From Paramecium tetraurelia (lineage: Eukaryota), in the NCBI GenBank assembly GCA_000165425.1, contig CT868052.1:1-64000 (forward strand): a stretch of 64,000 bases of DNA, read 5' to 3'. Below, piece after piece: positions 31,231 to 45,674 of the stretch. The notes below the pieces were generated by a model, which saw only the letters and a program-made list of their open reading frames with translations, was not told the DNA's origin and ran no database searches. Position 1 is the first letter of the stretch, and every line of letters starts with the position of its first letter. Position numbers and translations under genes: made by a program.

Positions 31231-32898
31231 AATATATTAATTGTTTATTAATTGTAATAAAGAAATAAATTGAAAGTCTCCAAGTGTTAGAGAATTCTTT
31301 ACTTTAAAGAAATTGCATCTCAAAAATATTATTATCTTTTATAATTCCCTTTGACAAAATACTAAATTATTATAGTAGTTAAAGTATTAGAGTAAGATGA
31401 AATTTAAATAATATGCATATATTTGGATAATATATCATTTCAAATGCATATCCTTAATAGAAATGATTACTTATTGTATGAAATATAATATTGGTCTATT
31501 TGTGAAATAATTTTAATTAAAATTTTAATTTAAACATACATTTTCTCTGATAATATAGAAATTTGATATAAAACTGGAAAATTTTTGATCCGTTTGATTA
31601 AATATTTTTAGTTTAAGAGTTACGACAAGCGCTTCCATTAATAAATTCTATCCCTCATAGATATCATAAACGGGATCAGCATGAAATTAATATTTATTAG
31701 GTTTAGTTTTGTTGTAGATTATAATTTATTTCATCATAATGAAATTAAAAATATTAGACTTAATTTAATTTAAGAAACTGTACCATAAACATTCAGTCTT
31801 TCTTTCCTCTTGTTCAATCCAATAATATCTGAATTTGAAATTTGTCACACTTTTAACATCAAGATATTTTTACATAATAAAGTGTTACTTTGCATCTTTA
31901 TTATAATTATGTCTCTCATAAGTTAATTATCTGCAACTTCAAGTTTATCCTTCTTAGTAAATTATTACATGTTGAAATAATTTGCTAAAAGACTCATTTT
32001 AATCTTCAAAATTGGATAAGTTAAATTACGGTATCGGTGTTTTTTGATTCATACTTTTTAAATAGATATCATTAAGATATTTGATATTATCATTTAGTTA
32101 TCAAATAAAATTCTTATAATGATTGTTTTTTAAACTAAAACCATTTCTATTTTAAAAATTAAATGATTTGAATTTTTATGAGCTGATCAAATCTTGCATC
32201 CTGCTCATTGAAATATTGAGTGAGCATTCTCTCTAATTATTAATATTTATAAAGTTCTATTACTTCATGAATCTTATTGTAACAAAATTTATTAAGATAA
32301 AATTAGAGCTAGAAAATGTTTACTTTAATAATTGATACTTAAATAAGTGATATATATTACTAGCACATGAATCTGAATTAATATTTAAGTTCTGCAAAAA
32401 TTATAGGCAAAAACATTAAGTATAACTTCTATTTCAACAAACAGAATTTTAATCATAAATAGATTAAAATTTGCCAATATATTCTTGAATTTATAATCGT
32501 TATTAAACGCTTAGAGAGTTGGGTGATATCCATTTAAATTAGTCAACTTGTATAGTTTTATTTGATGCTACATAAAAATATTTTAGATAGAACATAAATA
32601 AACTCTAAAATCTCTGTTGGGATAAGAATATTCTTGATTGTTATTCAATGTATTCAGCGTAATTTGAGGGTTTAGAGCAAATTTACAAATTAAAACTTTA
32701 ATTAAGATGTCTCTTGTTTTGAGTTAAAATATATTAATGTTTAATTGAATAAGCTTTAATTATAAGTTGGAAGTATACTTGGGTGTTACAAAATATAAAT
32801 TCCAATAAATTGTGATTTAAAATTATAAATAAAAAGCCTCACATAGAAGAAATACATTTTAAATCTTTTATTAAAAATATATTTTAAAAAAAAATATT

Positions 32899-33316
32899 AT
32901 GGCTGACTTGAAAGAAAAGAAAGTAGAAGATGAATAATAAACCAAAAAAATTAGAATGATCGTTACATCTAGAAGCGCTTAAGATTTAGAAAATTTCACT
33001 ACTTAAGTTATTGAAAAGGCTAGAGGAATTTAAGTAATGAATACATTTCAACATTAAGAGAGATTAAGGATAACAAGTTGTATTCAAAGGACCAGTCAGA
33101 ATGCCAACAAAACACCTCAAAATGACTGTCAGAAAGAGTCCATGTGGTGAAGGTTCAAAGACTTGGGATAGATTTGAAATGAGAGTAATACAATTATATA
33201 AGGATTAGATTCACAAAAGAGTAATTGATTTCTAATGCACATTACCAACTTTCAAAGATATAACCAACTTCAAGATTGGCCCAGGAATTAATGTTGAATT
33301 AAACGTAGAATAATGA
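32899..33316 (+). CDS. RPS20: 40S ribosomal protein S20 (uS10), 2 introns
   Basis: [40 protein letters not shown]. Confidence 0.97.
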
Positions 33317-34546
33317 TTCGTGACATTATAAGAAATAATACATTAAACATCAATACATTAATTTATATCTCATGACACTCAAAGAACTTTATTAATAATA
33401 ATCAATAAATTGTAGTGATTATTTTTATGCAATTTTTTTGTTTAACGAAAGTAACGATCAAATCAGAGTGGATAAGAAACCAAGTAAAATTATCACTCTG
33501 ATTGAAAAATGACTTCAAATGTTAATCAATTTATTTGAAAAATTCAAATGTTTTCTATTTCTGGTTTAAGATATATATACTTTTAATAATAATTAATTAA
33601 TTTATATATTTTGTAAAAAGCATAAATGGATAATGAATTCTTGGTTTGAATTATTCTTAAAACTTTTATTTGTATAAGTTGAATCAAATATATTTGCAAA
33701 GTTGTGAAGCAGAAAGTAATAAATCTTATCAAGAAATTGCTAGGAATTTATAAGTTTATTAACTTGTATTCAACTGGCAAGTCAATAAACTATTATTTGC
33801 GGTGGCTTAATTATAAGCAAACCTTGTCAGTTTATATTAACTCTATTGTTTCGAGCTTATTATAATTATATTAATTATTTAATTGAAATATAGCTTGTAT
33901 AAAATTTAAACCTGCGAGATATTTCAAAATAACAGATTAAAATAAATAAAAATGTGATGAAGTAATGATGCTGAAGAACATCCAGTATGATTATTATGCA
34001 ATTCAACCTTTTTAACATCCTTTTAGAAACAATATAATCAGGTGTAAAAAGAGCTATTTAAACTTAGTTATCCTAAGTTCCCCTTAAATTTTATTATATT
34101 AGCTATAGGAATTTCAAATGAGAATGAAAATGTAAAATACTATGTATTTAATATAAATTAAACATAAAAATTTAAATAAAATTCATTGAATAAGCAATAA
34201 ACACATTCTATATTATTAAAAATTCTCTATGAATTTCTTACAATTGGTAGGAAGGTAGAAAAATTACTGAAGGTTAAAAACATTTTTAAATGATATAGTA
34301 TATACAATTTATTTAATTAATTCATTCATTATATACTACATTTAAATAGGAATATTCAATAGAACTCCAAGTTTATTATTTTTAATTTGAGTTTTGTTGA
34401 CTATAATATAATAATTGAGTGGCTTTTCTGGTAACTATGAATGCTCTAAAATCTAGCTCTAACTTAACCATTATAAGTGTGATTGTAAAATGACACCTAA
34501 TCTACGAGCATATTTATGGCAGAGATTGGTAAAGGTATCAGTCATA

Positions 34547-34627
34547 GACAACGTGGCCGAGTGGTTAAGGCGGCAGACTAGAAATCTGTTGGGGTTCCCC
34601 GCGTCAGTTCGAATCTGGCCGTTGTCG
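34547..34627 (+). tRNA. tRNA-Ser(AGA), long variable arm
   Basis: Acceptor stem GACAACG/CGTTGTC, TGGCCGAGTGGTTAAGGCG, anticodon arm GCAGA-CT-AGA-AA-TCTGT, variable arm GGGGTTCCCC, GTTCGAATC, discriminator G, downstream T-run. Confidence 0.96.
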
Positions 34628-34717
34628 ATTTTTTTTGTTAATTTAATATCATAAATTTTATATCTAATTTAATTAATATTAGGTTGAAGGAAAAGCATAA
34701 ATTATATTAAATATAAT

Positions 34718-37700
34718 ATGTTAAGGTTTATTGGAAGGAATCTGAATCGCTATAATTTTTCAGAATTACAAAAATTTGGTAACTCTTTTCTTGCTGGTTC
34801 TAATGCAGAATATTTGGACAATTTATTAGATAAATGGTCTCAAGATCCAAATTCTGTTCCAGCTACTTGGGATGCATATTTTAGATAAGTGTGTGAATCT
34901 AATAAATTTGATTTTACACCTGAGCCATCTAAAGGATAGACGATTTCGTTTTAAGCAGATGTATTTTTGCATGTAAATTCTAAGCAAGTATCAGGAGTCA
35001 GAAAATTGTTATCAGATCATTTTAGAGTGAGATTATTAATCAACAAATACAGACACAGAGGTCATGAAAAATCAATGGTTGATCCACTAGATTTAGAACA
35101 CATCTAGCAAATAGGAAAGGTTAAAGGTTATACAAAATTGGATTATCGTGAATATTTTACAGAAGAAGATTTAGACAGAGAATTTTATATTCATGATGAA
35201 GTAAGCTCAGGGATCTCCAAAGAAAAATAACGTAATTATTAGATTATTAATGTAGTTATGAAATTGAGAGATTTAATTAACTATTTAGAGAAGGCGTATT
35301 GTGGTAAAATATCTTATGAATATATGCATATTTAATCAACAGAAGAAAGGGATTGGATTAGGGAATAGATTGAGAAGTTTGAGGAGTTTCTACCGTCTAA
35401 GGAGTAAAAGCTGAAAACTTTTGAAAGGTAACACATCATATATTATATGGATTAGACTTGGATAAGAACATGCATTTAGTACCTTTTTACAGAAGAAATT
35501 TAATACTTCAAAGAGATTTGGTATTGAAGGATGTGATTCAATGATTTCAGGATTGTAAGCTCTGGTTGATAGTGCTGCTCAAGCAGGAGTGGAATATATA
35601 GTATTTGGAATGGCTCATAGAGGAAGATTGAATACTTTGTATAATGTTTTTTAAAAATCAGCTGAAGAGATTATGGTTGAATTTTAAGATTTAAAAGGAA
35701 TATATAATGAAGACATATGGGGTAATTCTGGAGATGTAAAATATCATTTGGGAAGTGTACACAATGTTAAATTTGGAGAAAAAAAACTAAGATTAGAAAT
35801 GCTACCAAATCCTTCTCATTTAGAAACTGTTGATCCCTGTGTATATGGCAAAGTCAGAGCTATTTAAGATTATCATAAGGATAGAAATGGAGACAAGGCA
35901 TTTGGAGTATTGATTCATGGAGATGCTGCAGTTGCTGGTTAAGGCATTGTTTATGAGTCATTACAAATGGCAGATTTGGAAGGATATAAATCAGGTGGTA
36001 TAATTCATATTGTGTCCAATAACCAAATTGGATTTACTACAGTGCCCAAAGATAGTAGATCAGGTTTATATTGCACAGATATTGCTCATGCTATTTAAGC
36101 GCCTGTTATCCATGTCAATGCTGATGAGCCAGAATTAGTAGATAAAGTATTTTAAGTTGCAACACTTTATAGAACTAAATTCAAAAGAGACATCTTCATC
36201 GACTTAGTTGGCTATAGAAGATATGGACATAATGAATAAGATTAACCTAAGTTTACTTAACCAATCATGTACGATAAGATTGAGAAAACTCCACCTGTTT
36301 TTGTCAAATTCGCAGAGAAATTGATTGCTTAAGAGATTGTAACAAAAGCTGAAGTAGATCAATTGATGAAAAAACATGAAGATAATCTAGAAGTAGCATA
36401 TCAAAAATCAAGGAAAATGGATTATAATTTGAAAGATTGGCAACCTGTTCCTTGGGAAATGATTAAAGTTCCAACACTTTGGGGTAGAATAAAAGATACT
36501 GGAGTTCCAATTAATATTTTGAAATAAATTGGAGATAAAATAAATACAATTCCATCTGATTTTAATGCTCATCCATAAATACGTAAGTTTTATGAGGAGA
36601 GACTCAATTCAATATAGAAAGATCAAGGTGTTGATTTTGCTACTGCTGAGGCTCTGGCATTTGGAACATTACTTCATGAAGGATTTAATGTTAGATTATC
36701 TGGTGAGGATGTTCAAAGAGCTACCTTCTCTCATAGACATGCTGTTATTCACGATTAAAAAAATCCTAATGGTCCCTCTTTTGTACCTTTACATGCAGTC
36801 ATACCAAAAGGTTAAGAAAATGATAGATTAAGCATTTATAATTCTCATTTATCAGAATATGGAGTGTTGGGATTTGAATATGGATATTCTATTACTAATC
36901 CAAATGCATTAGTACTTTGGGAAGGCTAGTTTGGGGATTTTGCAAATGGAGCATAAATTATTATTGATAATTACATTGCAAGTGCTGAATCTAAATGGGA
37001 TGTCGATAGTGGATTAGTTATGTTATTACCAAATGGTATGGATGGATAAGGACCAGAACATAGTTCAGGAAGAGTGGAAAGATTTTTACAATTAAGTGAT
37101 GATGATCCTGCTGTCTTTGAAAGAAATCTAGGAGGTAATTAAATATAAATATGCATTAAGTTCGACTTAAGAGACAGATGAGAAATTCAAATATGTAAAT
37201 TGTTTAATGCACTACACCTGCTAATTATTTCCACTCCCTAAGAAGATAGTTGAGAAGAGATTTCAGAAAACCTCTTATTGCCATGACTTCCAAAAAACTG
37301 TTGAGACTCTAGGCTGCTAAATCTAAATTAAATGAATTCTCTGAATAAGCCAGATTCTCGTAAATCTATGATGATCCTTTCCCTGAATTAATCGATGAAC
37401 CCAGTCAAATCCTAAGAGTGATATTGTGTTCAGGGTAAGTCTATTACGATATTCTTAAAAAAAGAGAGGATCTAAAAGTTAAAGTAAGCTATTCATCTTA
37501 TTAAGAATACTGCTATAGTGAGAATTGAATAATTAGCACCTTTCCCCTACGAATTCTTATAAGCTGTTATCTAAAAATATAAGAAAGCTCATTTTATTTG
37601 GGTCTAAGAAGAACATCAAAATTATGGTCCTTGGTTTTTTGTTAGGCCAAGAATTTAAAGTGTTATCTCAAAAACTTAAGGCTTAATTCAATAGCAAATT

Positions 37701-37802
37701 TAATATATTGGCAGAAAACCAAGTGGATCACCAGCTACTGGATTCCATTAACTTCATGAAAAAGAAGTTCAAGCCTTCTTAACCAAGGCTTTTGAATTCT
37801 GA
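34718..37802 (+). CDS. OGDH: 2-oxoglutarate dehydrogenase E1 component, mitochondrial
   Basis: [108 protein letters not shown]. Confidence 0.98.
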
Positions 37803-38113
37803 TAAATTTTTAAATAACAATTCTAAATACAGTTATTTTTTGTAATTATTCATTTGCTAGGCTCTATTTCTGTTTGTTTGTATTTATTTTAAAAACTTCT
37901 ACAATAAAGATTATTTGTGTTTTTAAAGCAGACTTTCTGTTCCAATAAATCTAATATAATGAAATTCACAATTAATAATAGACCTAATAACTTGAAAAAT
38001 AAAAAAAATCAGCTTTCATAACTATATATTTGTAAGAACAAAAGCAGAATAATTCAAGATTAGATAATTAAGTATAATTAATACAATAAATAATTAATTA
38101 GTATATACACAAA

Positions 38114-38563
38114 TCATAAATTTCTTAATTTTTCTACTCCATTAAAAAAATAATTTGTAATCTTTATGATAGCTTGTTCTTTTTTTTATTGTACATTTTT
38201 GAATGAATGATGAGCCTATTTTCCAAATGTCTTAATGATTTGATATCCTTATAGTAAGTTACATTCTCTGGGTTATTTGCGTTTTATTAGTTTTGGTTTA
38301 TATCTATAATGGTAAACTGGTAAAGAAGTGACGTTTTCTTCTGCATAATTCTCAAAATTATTTTTTATTTAGGGATCTTATTAGCCTTATAATGATGAGA
38401 CTTATTCTTTTAGAGGAGTAACTTCAACCAGATCTGAAATTACTTAAATTGGCTAAATATTGTCAGTATTAAATTCCTCTTCATCATCATCAGATGCCAA
38501 ATTGAAGTCAACAATAGAGGTTTCTGAATTAGAATCATCCATTTCTTTGAGTAAATCGTCCAT
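38114..38563 (-). CDS. Small acidic hypothetical protein
   Basis: MDDLLKEMDDSNSETSIVDFNLASDDDEEEFNTDN...; intron structure and end not firmly resolved. Confidence 0.5.
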
Positions 38564-39285
38564 TTTTAAATTAAATTATGTTAGAACCATTTAATATTTG
38601 TTTGGCTTAAAAACTATTGAAGAGAAAAAACTGAAAAATAAAGTTTAATTTTTATTTATTATTTAGAAAAAACTCAACAGAAGAAACTTATTTTATCTTA
38701 TATGAGATTTTTAAAAAGAAATGATTTCAACTTAAATTTTATAATTTGTCATTTTAACATTTGTTTTTGTTATTAATATATAATTGAATTTCAACCTCAA
38801 TCATATTTTCAGAAATTATTTAATTTGATAGAAAAATATCTAAAAGATAGAACTTTAATAATCAAAGAGAACAAACTTAAAAAGTCTAAATGAATTACTT
38901 TTTATTCGATAAGTTAAAATTTAAATATCAAGGTAATTACTATTTCTTATTATCATAAAAGTATCATATTAAGAATATATGATTTCAAAAATACTTTAAC
39001 CTGAATTATCGTTTTATTAATAATTTTTTTTGCTTAACATAACATACTCAATGCTGTGTTTAGGGTTATAATCAGGTAGAAATTGATTGCCTATTAAGAT
39101 ATTTTTACCATAAGGCCTTTAAATTTCAGTTAGATCTGAATTTAGAAAAACAAATGATCGATTAATATATGATTAAGTATTTGTTAAAATACAGAATGAT
39201 AAGATTAAATTAAGTTTATGATTTTACAAATTAAAAAGTGAAGTCTCTCACTTTAAATAAAGAGATATGAATATAACTAAATAAT

Positions 39286-39965
39286 TCATACTTTGCAGCA
39301 ACAACATGTTTTCTCTCTAGCTTTCATGCTACGGGAAGTAATATGTTGGTTCAAGTGAGCATAACATTGGGATGACCATTGTTTCACATCCAATTGATAT
39401 AACTTTTTTGATTGGTCAGGATTAAGATCAAGAGCTTCAAGCACAGTCTCCAAATATCGTAGTGAGGATTGGTATTGGAGTTCTAAATGAAGACCTTCAA
39501 GTGTCTTTAAATATATTTTTTAATACCTTGATATCCTTATAAAGAGTATTAGCAACATTTTCTGGAGTAGTATTATATATCGAGTAAAAATCTTATGAAG
39601 TAAAGTTGATTTAGATTAAGTTATTCAAAATAGTATTTAGGCATTACATCATTTCCTCAAACATACTTAAGAAGTTTTCAAGCAATTTGAGTTTCTCAGA
39701 GATCGGCATCAGACCTATCAAGTTATGATATTTAATAACCTGCCATGTTTTCCATAAATCTTTATTCAGTATATTAACCATAAAATTCTAAATATTGGAT
39801 TTTGTTCTTCTCAATAATTTCATATGACGATTAACTAGGTTCGCTAGGAACAACAGAGAAATGTGCCTTAGACGTTTGAGATTAATGGAGTCTCTAAACA
39901 GTAGTTTGATCAGGATCAACTATTGAAATTCCATTTTAAGTGTTTGATGGAAATATTTTTTTCAT
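39286..39965 (-). CDS. Hypothetical protein ending in a Cys cluster (..KTCCCCKV*)
   Basis: MKKIFPSNTQNGISIVDP...; two canonical introns restore the frame; C-terminus RSMKAREKTCCCCKV. Confidence 0.7.
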
Positions 39966-40613
39966 ATAAATTATTTTTATTAATATACTTGTTAAATAAA
40001 ATGAGCATATCCAACCACCAAATCTTAAAACATTTAATCAGTTATGCTTTGTACTATGCTAATTAATGTCAACCCTTTTATTTCCAGTATTAAAGGTAAT
40101 ATTAAACTTTTTATTATTTAATTCGAATATACAACATTTAACCAATTCCAAGAATTTTTTATCACAATATAAATGGAATTAGTATTGATTTTATCAAATT
40201 TCTATAAATAGATTTAATTTATATGGTTGTAAACTTTATTTAATGTTAGAATAGAAGTCTTATAATAACTAATTTACGATCTTAGATATATCGTCCAAGC
40301 AATTTTACACTTGAATATGTAAAATATAATTCAATAAACTTAAGCTTAGAATTTAAATGTAAAAATTGATTTTAATTTAACATATACTAATTCATTGAGT
40401 TTAAGAAATTTTGTGGATTCTTAACTACAAGATGATTATTTAAGAATCTTCTTTATCTAGTCAATTATTATTGGTAATATTTATGAAATCATACTCTCAT
40501 TAATTATGAATAATTCTTAGTTTCATTATAACTAAAATGATATATGTGTAAAATTAATCATAAATGAAGAGAATTACTTTCATATTATGTATTTTTATAA
40601 ACGAGCATAAAAT

Positions 40614-41259
40614 TCAGATATGTAATAAAATTTAATCCCTTAATCTTTGCCTGTATTTTAAGTAGAGTATGATTTCATAAGCCTTCTCATAATGTTCATT
40701 TGAGATATCATTAATAATTTATTTTGTCATTTTTTCAATCTCCTTACTATTCTTTTGATTAATTTATGCTATGTTTTCTCCTCTTTACACTTGGGATTAT
40801 AATTCTAGGATTTCTTCCATAAATTCTAGGTCCAATAAAACACTACATTCTTTAATTTAAAAGCCCCTTAGAGATAACTAAATTACATAGATATATTACA
40901 ATGTACTCAGCCCTCTCATGAATATTTTTCAAAACTGAGTAGGCTTCATTAATGAAAGCAGAATATTCTTGACTATAAGAAATATTAATTGGAGGCATAG
41001 TCACAAATCTGTCAGGATGAAATTTTAATTGCAATGATCTATATTTATTTTCCAAATATCTGGTCTCTACATTAATGTTAATTGGCAAATCAAAAAGCTC
41101 AAAGTAATTAACATCCTATAATTGGATAGATGGCTCTTTTAAATATTTGCACTAGCCACAAATAAATCTGTTTATAAACTCATTTGACTTGCAATTCCAA
41201 CATGTGACTTTTGAGGGAACAAATTTATTAAAAGAAAAGCGAATTATAGATTATAGCAT
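40614..41259 (-). CDS. HSCB: Fe-S cluster co-chaperone HscB/Jac1/HSC20
   Basis: Mitochondrial-type presequence, CWNC...CGQC tetracysteine, NYFELF, YRSLQLKFHPDRF (J-domain HPD), SAFINEAYSVLK...RAEY, LKY near the C-terminus. Confidence 0.93.
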
Positions 41260-42239
41260 AAATAATAATTTATTTTATTAAAAAAGTATTAAAAAAAATA
41301 GATAAAATTAAGAAGGAAGAAAGTGGAAGAAAATGATACATACTTAACAAATAATTTTGGCAAATCTTTAATGCAATATATTATTGTGATGAAAAAAATA
41401 AATATATAAGATCATTCCATTTAAATAATATTATATTGCCTTCTAATGATTATCATTATGCTTTAGGATTCTTCATTGTAATACATGATTCAATAAAATT
41501 TGGATAAGTCAGTGCAAGTATCTTATAATTAACACATACATTTCCATTAGTAAAAATTTATCTAAAGCTGACACTCTCAATAAATTTTTAAATTAAAAAA
41601 CTTACAATCAGATTACAAAAATCTTCAAGGGTTTTTGGAAAAGGAAAGAATCAAATATTTATAGATGATAATCAAATTCTTTCTATTGACAGGGCCATTT
41701 CTATTAAATATTTATCTATTCTTCAAATAAATAATTCTTCAAATGATAAAATAGAGCTTAGTTATGTGTTCTGCTTTATTTTATATAAGATTGTCCAATG
41801 ATGAATAATGTATGTTTTATGTTATTAATTTTTTATTTATTGCCAAACCATTGCTTCATTCAATATGAGTAATTTAATATAGATTGACCAAGTATTTATT
41901 GAACAATTTGAAATCTTACAACAATGTAATCGAGTTTTTCGTTCAATTCTTATTCATTTTTCCAATATGCCCTAAAGTAAGGTTGGCCTTTATCGTAATA
42001 ACCATCTCATCACTTGATGGATTATTATGGATAGAACACTCATATAGGAGAAATCATAGGCTCATGAAAAAAATAATAATTTCTGAAATTACTATGACAC
42101 TTTTGATTCCCATAATTAATATTTATACGATTGATCAATAAATAAGGAAACGCTTGGTAAAGAGGGAATAATGATGATAATTTTATGAAAATCATGAATA
42201 ACTGAATGGAATTCTGCTTCTCTGATATTTATTTTTTAT

Positions 42240-43555
42240 ATGGACAAATAACTGAAATATATTAAGGAATCTCCTATATCTTAAAAATAGTGCTTGAGGG
42301 TGCCAAAGTACAAATTTATCTGCTGCTTCATATTATGGATGTTGCTGCTCATATACCTAATTTAAGAATGGAATAATCAGTTACCCAAGATCATCATTTC
42401 AAGAATTTATCAAGCAGATCTCTTATCACAGAATAAGGGTATTTAATTGAAATTTCTGTCTCAAACTCTTTAATCCTTTGATAATGTATTAGTTGTAGTT
42501 CATAATACAAACGAAAGTGATTAATAATTAATCCAATCCAACAAAGAAGGATCATACAATATTCCCTTTGGATAATTTGAAATATAGATATGCAATGAAT
42601 CAAATCACAATATTACTTGTGCAAATCAAAATTAAATTGCAGCCATTTTGGGTGATTCAATAGAAATAGAAATATTATTACAAATTACTCAATATAATTA
42701 TGAGGAGTAGACATTTTTTTAAGTGCCCAAATCCTTAAAATACTACATTCATAAGAATACTCAACAACTCGGTCATATATAATACTAAATAGTATAGACT
42801 GAAATTAGGAGCAATGATCTTTTTACGCAAAGTTAAACTTATACTCAAATAGAAGACGCTGTACTGACTTTTTCATCTGTGAATTATGCATCATATACAT
42901 TGAGTAAAATGAAGATTGGAGTGGATCCAATAATCACTAAGAAGGTAGTGGCTTATGAAAAATTTTATGTTTTCGCACTCCAACTAATCTCGATGAGTTC
43001 AATTATTTATTTCATAAACTTGATGTTGAAGAATCTTTAAAAAATCAAAAGGAAGAAGTTGAAACTATTGGACATCATATCAATTTACTTTCCTTAGGTC
43101 TAAGATTATAGAATTAAATTTAATTTCTTAGGGTAAATTAGTTCTGTAACCACTCTGGATGGTGAAATCAGAAACCTAAGGCAATGGAGATAGTTTTATT
43201 AGAAATATTCACAATCTGCTAAAGAAAAATTGAAATTAAAGAATATCATTTATTATATTTCAAGGTAAAAGTGATCGTTGATAATAGATTGCAATACATA
43301 TGTATGTCCTTACAAGATAGAGATGCGATGATGAATGCTCACACTTTGGGAATCAAATTAAATTTGCAACAGGAAATTCAAAATGAAACCACTACGATAG
43401 AGTTAAATGAGATAGATGATCCAATTGTTCTAAGGGGATCAGACATGGATTTGTTGAGCCAGCCTACTGGACCTATATTTCTGGGAGAAAGCAAAATTGG
43501 ATTTTATAAGAGAAATAGGGGATAGAATATGAATAAGAAGTTTTAGTTGATTTGA
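42240..43555 (+). CDS. Divergent member of the ciliate two-TM large-loop family
   Basis: FICCFILWMLLLIYLIQEWNNQLPKII; Cys pair ICNESNHNITCANQ; second hydrophobic segment FYVFALQLISMSSIIYFI; IISIYFPQV. Same layout as 17306-18709. Confidence 0.7.
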
Positions 43556-43587
43556 TTTTAAAATTTAAGATTTTATTTCGCTTTAAA

Positions 43588-44415
43588 ATGTCTTAAAAGA
43601 AGCCACAAATGCAAGTTGAGTAAGTTTTTGGATTAGATGGTGTAGATAAAAGGTTCCAGAAAACATAGTGAAGAAGAGTGCAAGAGACACCAAATTGAGA
43701 GAAGCTGTTGCTAAGAGAAGAACAGAGAGATTAGCTGCAAATAAAACAAGAAGAGCTTAATGGGAAAAGACAGCTTAAGCCTATGAAAACGAATACAAAG
43801 CTGCTGATAAGAACCTAGTTGATAGCTTACGTAAGGCAAAGACTGAAGGTGGATTCTATGTACCAGCAGAATCTAAATTGATCTTGGTGGTAAGAATCAG
43901 AGGGTATCGAATTATGATATATATAACAGTATCAACACCTTGAATCCACAAGTCAGATAAACTTTAAGACTTTTGAAATTGAGATAACTTCACAATGCAG
44001 CCTTTGTCAGAGTCAACAAGGCTACAATTGAAATGATCAGAAAGGTTGAGCCATATGTGACCTATGGATATCCATCAAGAGCTGTCATCAAGAATCTGAT
44101 TTACAAGAGAGGATATGCCAAAATTAATGGTCAAAGAATTCCAATCACAAACAACAACATTATTGAATAATCATTAGGAAAAGTCGGAATTCACAGCATT
44201 GAAGATCTCGTCCATGAGATTGTTACAGTAGGAGCTCATTTCAAGGAAGCAAACAGATTTTTGTGGTAATAAATTCATTTATTAAATCTTAAAGGGCATT
44301 CAAATTGAGAGGACCAAGAGGTGGCTTTATTGCTAAGAGAAGATCATTCATCAACTAAGGTGATTGGGGAAACAGAGAAGATCTCATCAACGATCTTGTC
44401 AAGAGAATGATTTGA
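43588..44415 (+). CDS. RPL7: 60S ribosomal protein L7 (uL30), 3 introns
   Basis: [65 protein letters not shown] ... [18 protein letters not shown]. Confidence 0.97.
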
Positions 44416-44668
44416 TTGAACATTAATTATATATACATTAATAAAAAATATCAATTATTTAACAAAGTTTTCATATTATATCGGGAATTGGTGATCACTT
44501 CTATTATCTTATTTGTCATTAATAAATCTCTACGAAATGTATTCCATTAAGTTCTTTAATTCTTAAATGATAAACCATCTAATTCAATAATGAAAAGGGG
44601 TCATGATCAAATCAACTTTACTGTTTTTTATCTTCAATATTATTATTAATTAATTATTTTAGAGAAGA

Positions 44669-45672
44669 ATGCTATAACCAAGACCCCCATTTCCATCAGG
44701 ACAGATGGATTTGATTTTAGGAAAGACTGAAACCTACGGAGCATTATTTTTAAGTGGAATTGAGGCTGCTTTGAATCCATAATTATTGCAATAAAACTAG
44801 ATCGGAGCAGTGCTAACAGTGGGTACGGAATTGGCTAACCTCAAATTCGATTGTGAATAAAAAGTAGTTATGCTGACCATCTTTAGTTGATTATGTTACA
44901 TGATACTGCTTATGATCCTATCAGAAGACATTTCGAGGAGGCCATTCATTTTATTGATGAATAACGAAAAACTAAGAATGTTTTAGTCCACTGCTATGTC
45001 GGAGTTAGTAGAAGTGCTACCTTGGTGATAGCATATTTAATGCAAATATACAATTACTCACTTCAAGCTGCACTTACATTCCTCATTAGCAGGAGACCTC
45101 AAATCAACCCAAATCCAGGGTTTATGCAACAATTATAATAATTCGATTTCGAATTAAACAGAAGGAGACAACAAAGACCTGCTAGTACTTAGTATGGTAG
45201 AACCTACAATGACAGAGATAGAAGAGAATCTATGGAAGTAAGATCAACTAGATAATTTCCAAATTAAAGTCCATTAAAAAGAGTCAACCAAAAAGCTATG
45301 TCAACCAAATCATTATTTTTGACTCCCAAAAAAAGCGAAACTTAAAATTATTTTAATTTTACACCTGCCGTTAAACCAAATAATTCAATGGAAATTAAAT
45401 AAATTATCAAAAGTGCATAAAATTTAGACAGTGCTGTCTTAAGATAATCAAACTACTTTGGAAACAATACCAAAAAATTAGCTGAAACTGCAATCAATGG
45501 ATTCAAATCTGCATCCTCATTCTGTAAGACTTTCTCAAATCATTTTCCAATGGCCAAAACTCAAATGCTAGCATAAACCTAAACATTACTAAAGAGAACC
45601 CAAGGCTCTGGATTATGTCATAAGGGAAGGTAGCCAATAAGAGCGTAAACTAAGATTGAATATAATATATGA
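44669..45672 (+). CDS. Dual-specificity protein phosphatase with a low-complexity C-terminal tail
   Basis: [21 protein letters not shown] (HCxxGxSRS) and [11 protein letters not shown]. Confidence 0.93.
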
Positions 45673-45674
45673 TG

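Noticed and set aside
31300..32850. Possible gene in the AT-rich interval before RPS20
   Set aside because: Only short protein-like pieces were found and no coherent model could be built. The same applies to 28650-29150, 33600-34300, 41300-42200 and 47400-48050.
34040..34545. Long minus-strand ciliate-code ORF starting 1 bp from tRNA-Ser
   Set aside because: Its composition is mostly intergenic-like (I/F/N/K-rich), it has no motif, and long ORFs arise by chance with a single stop codon.
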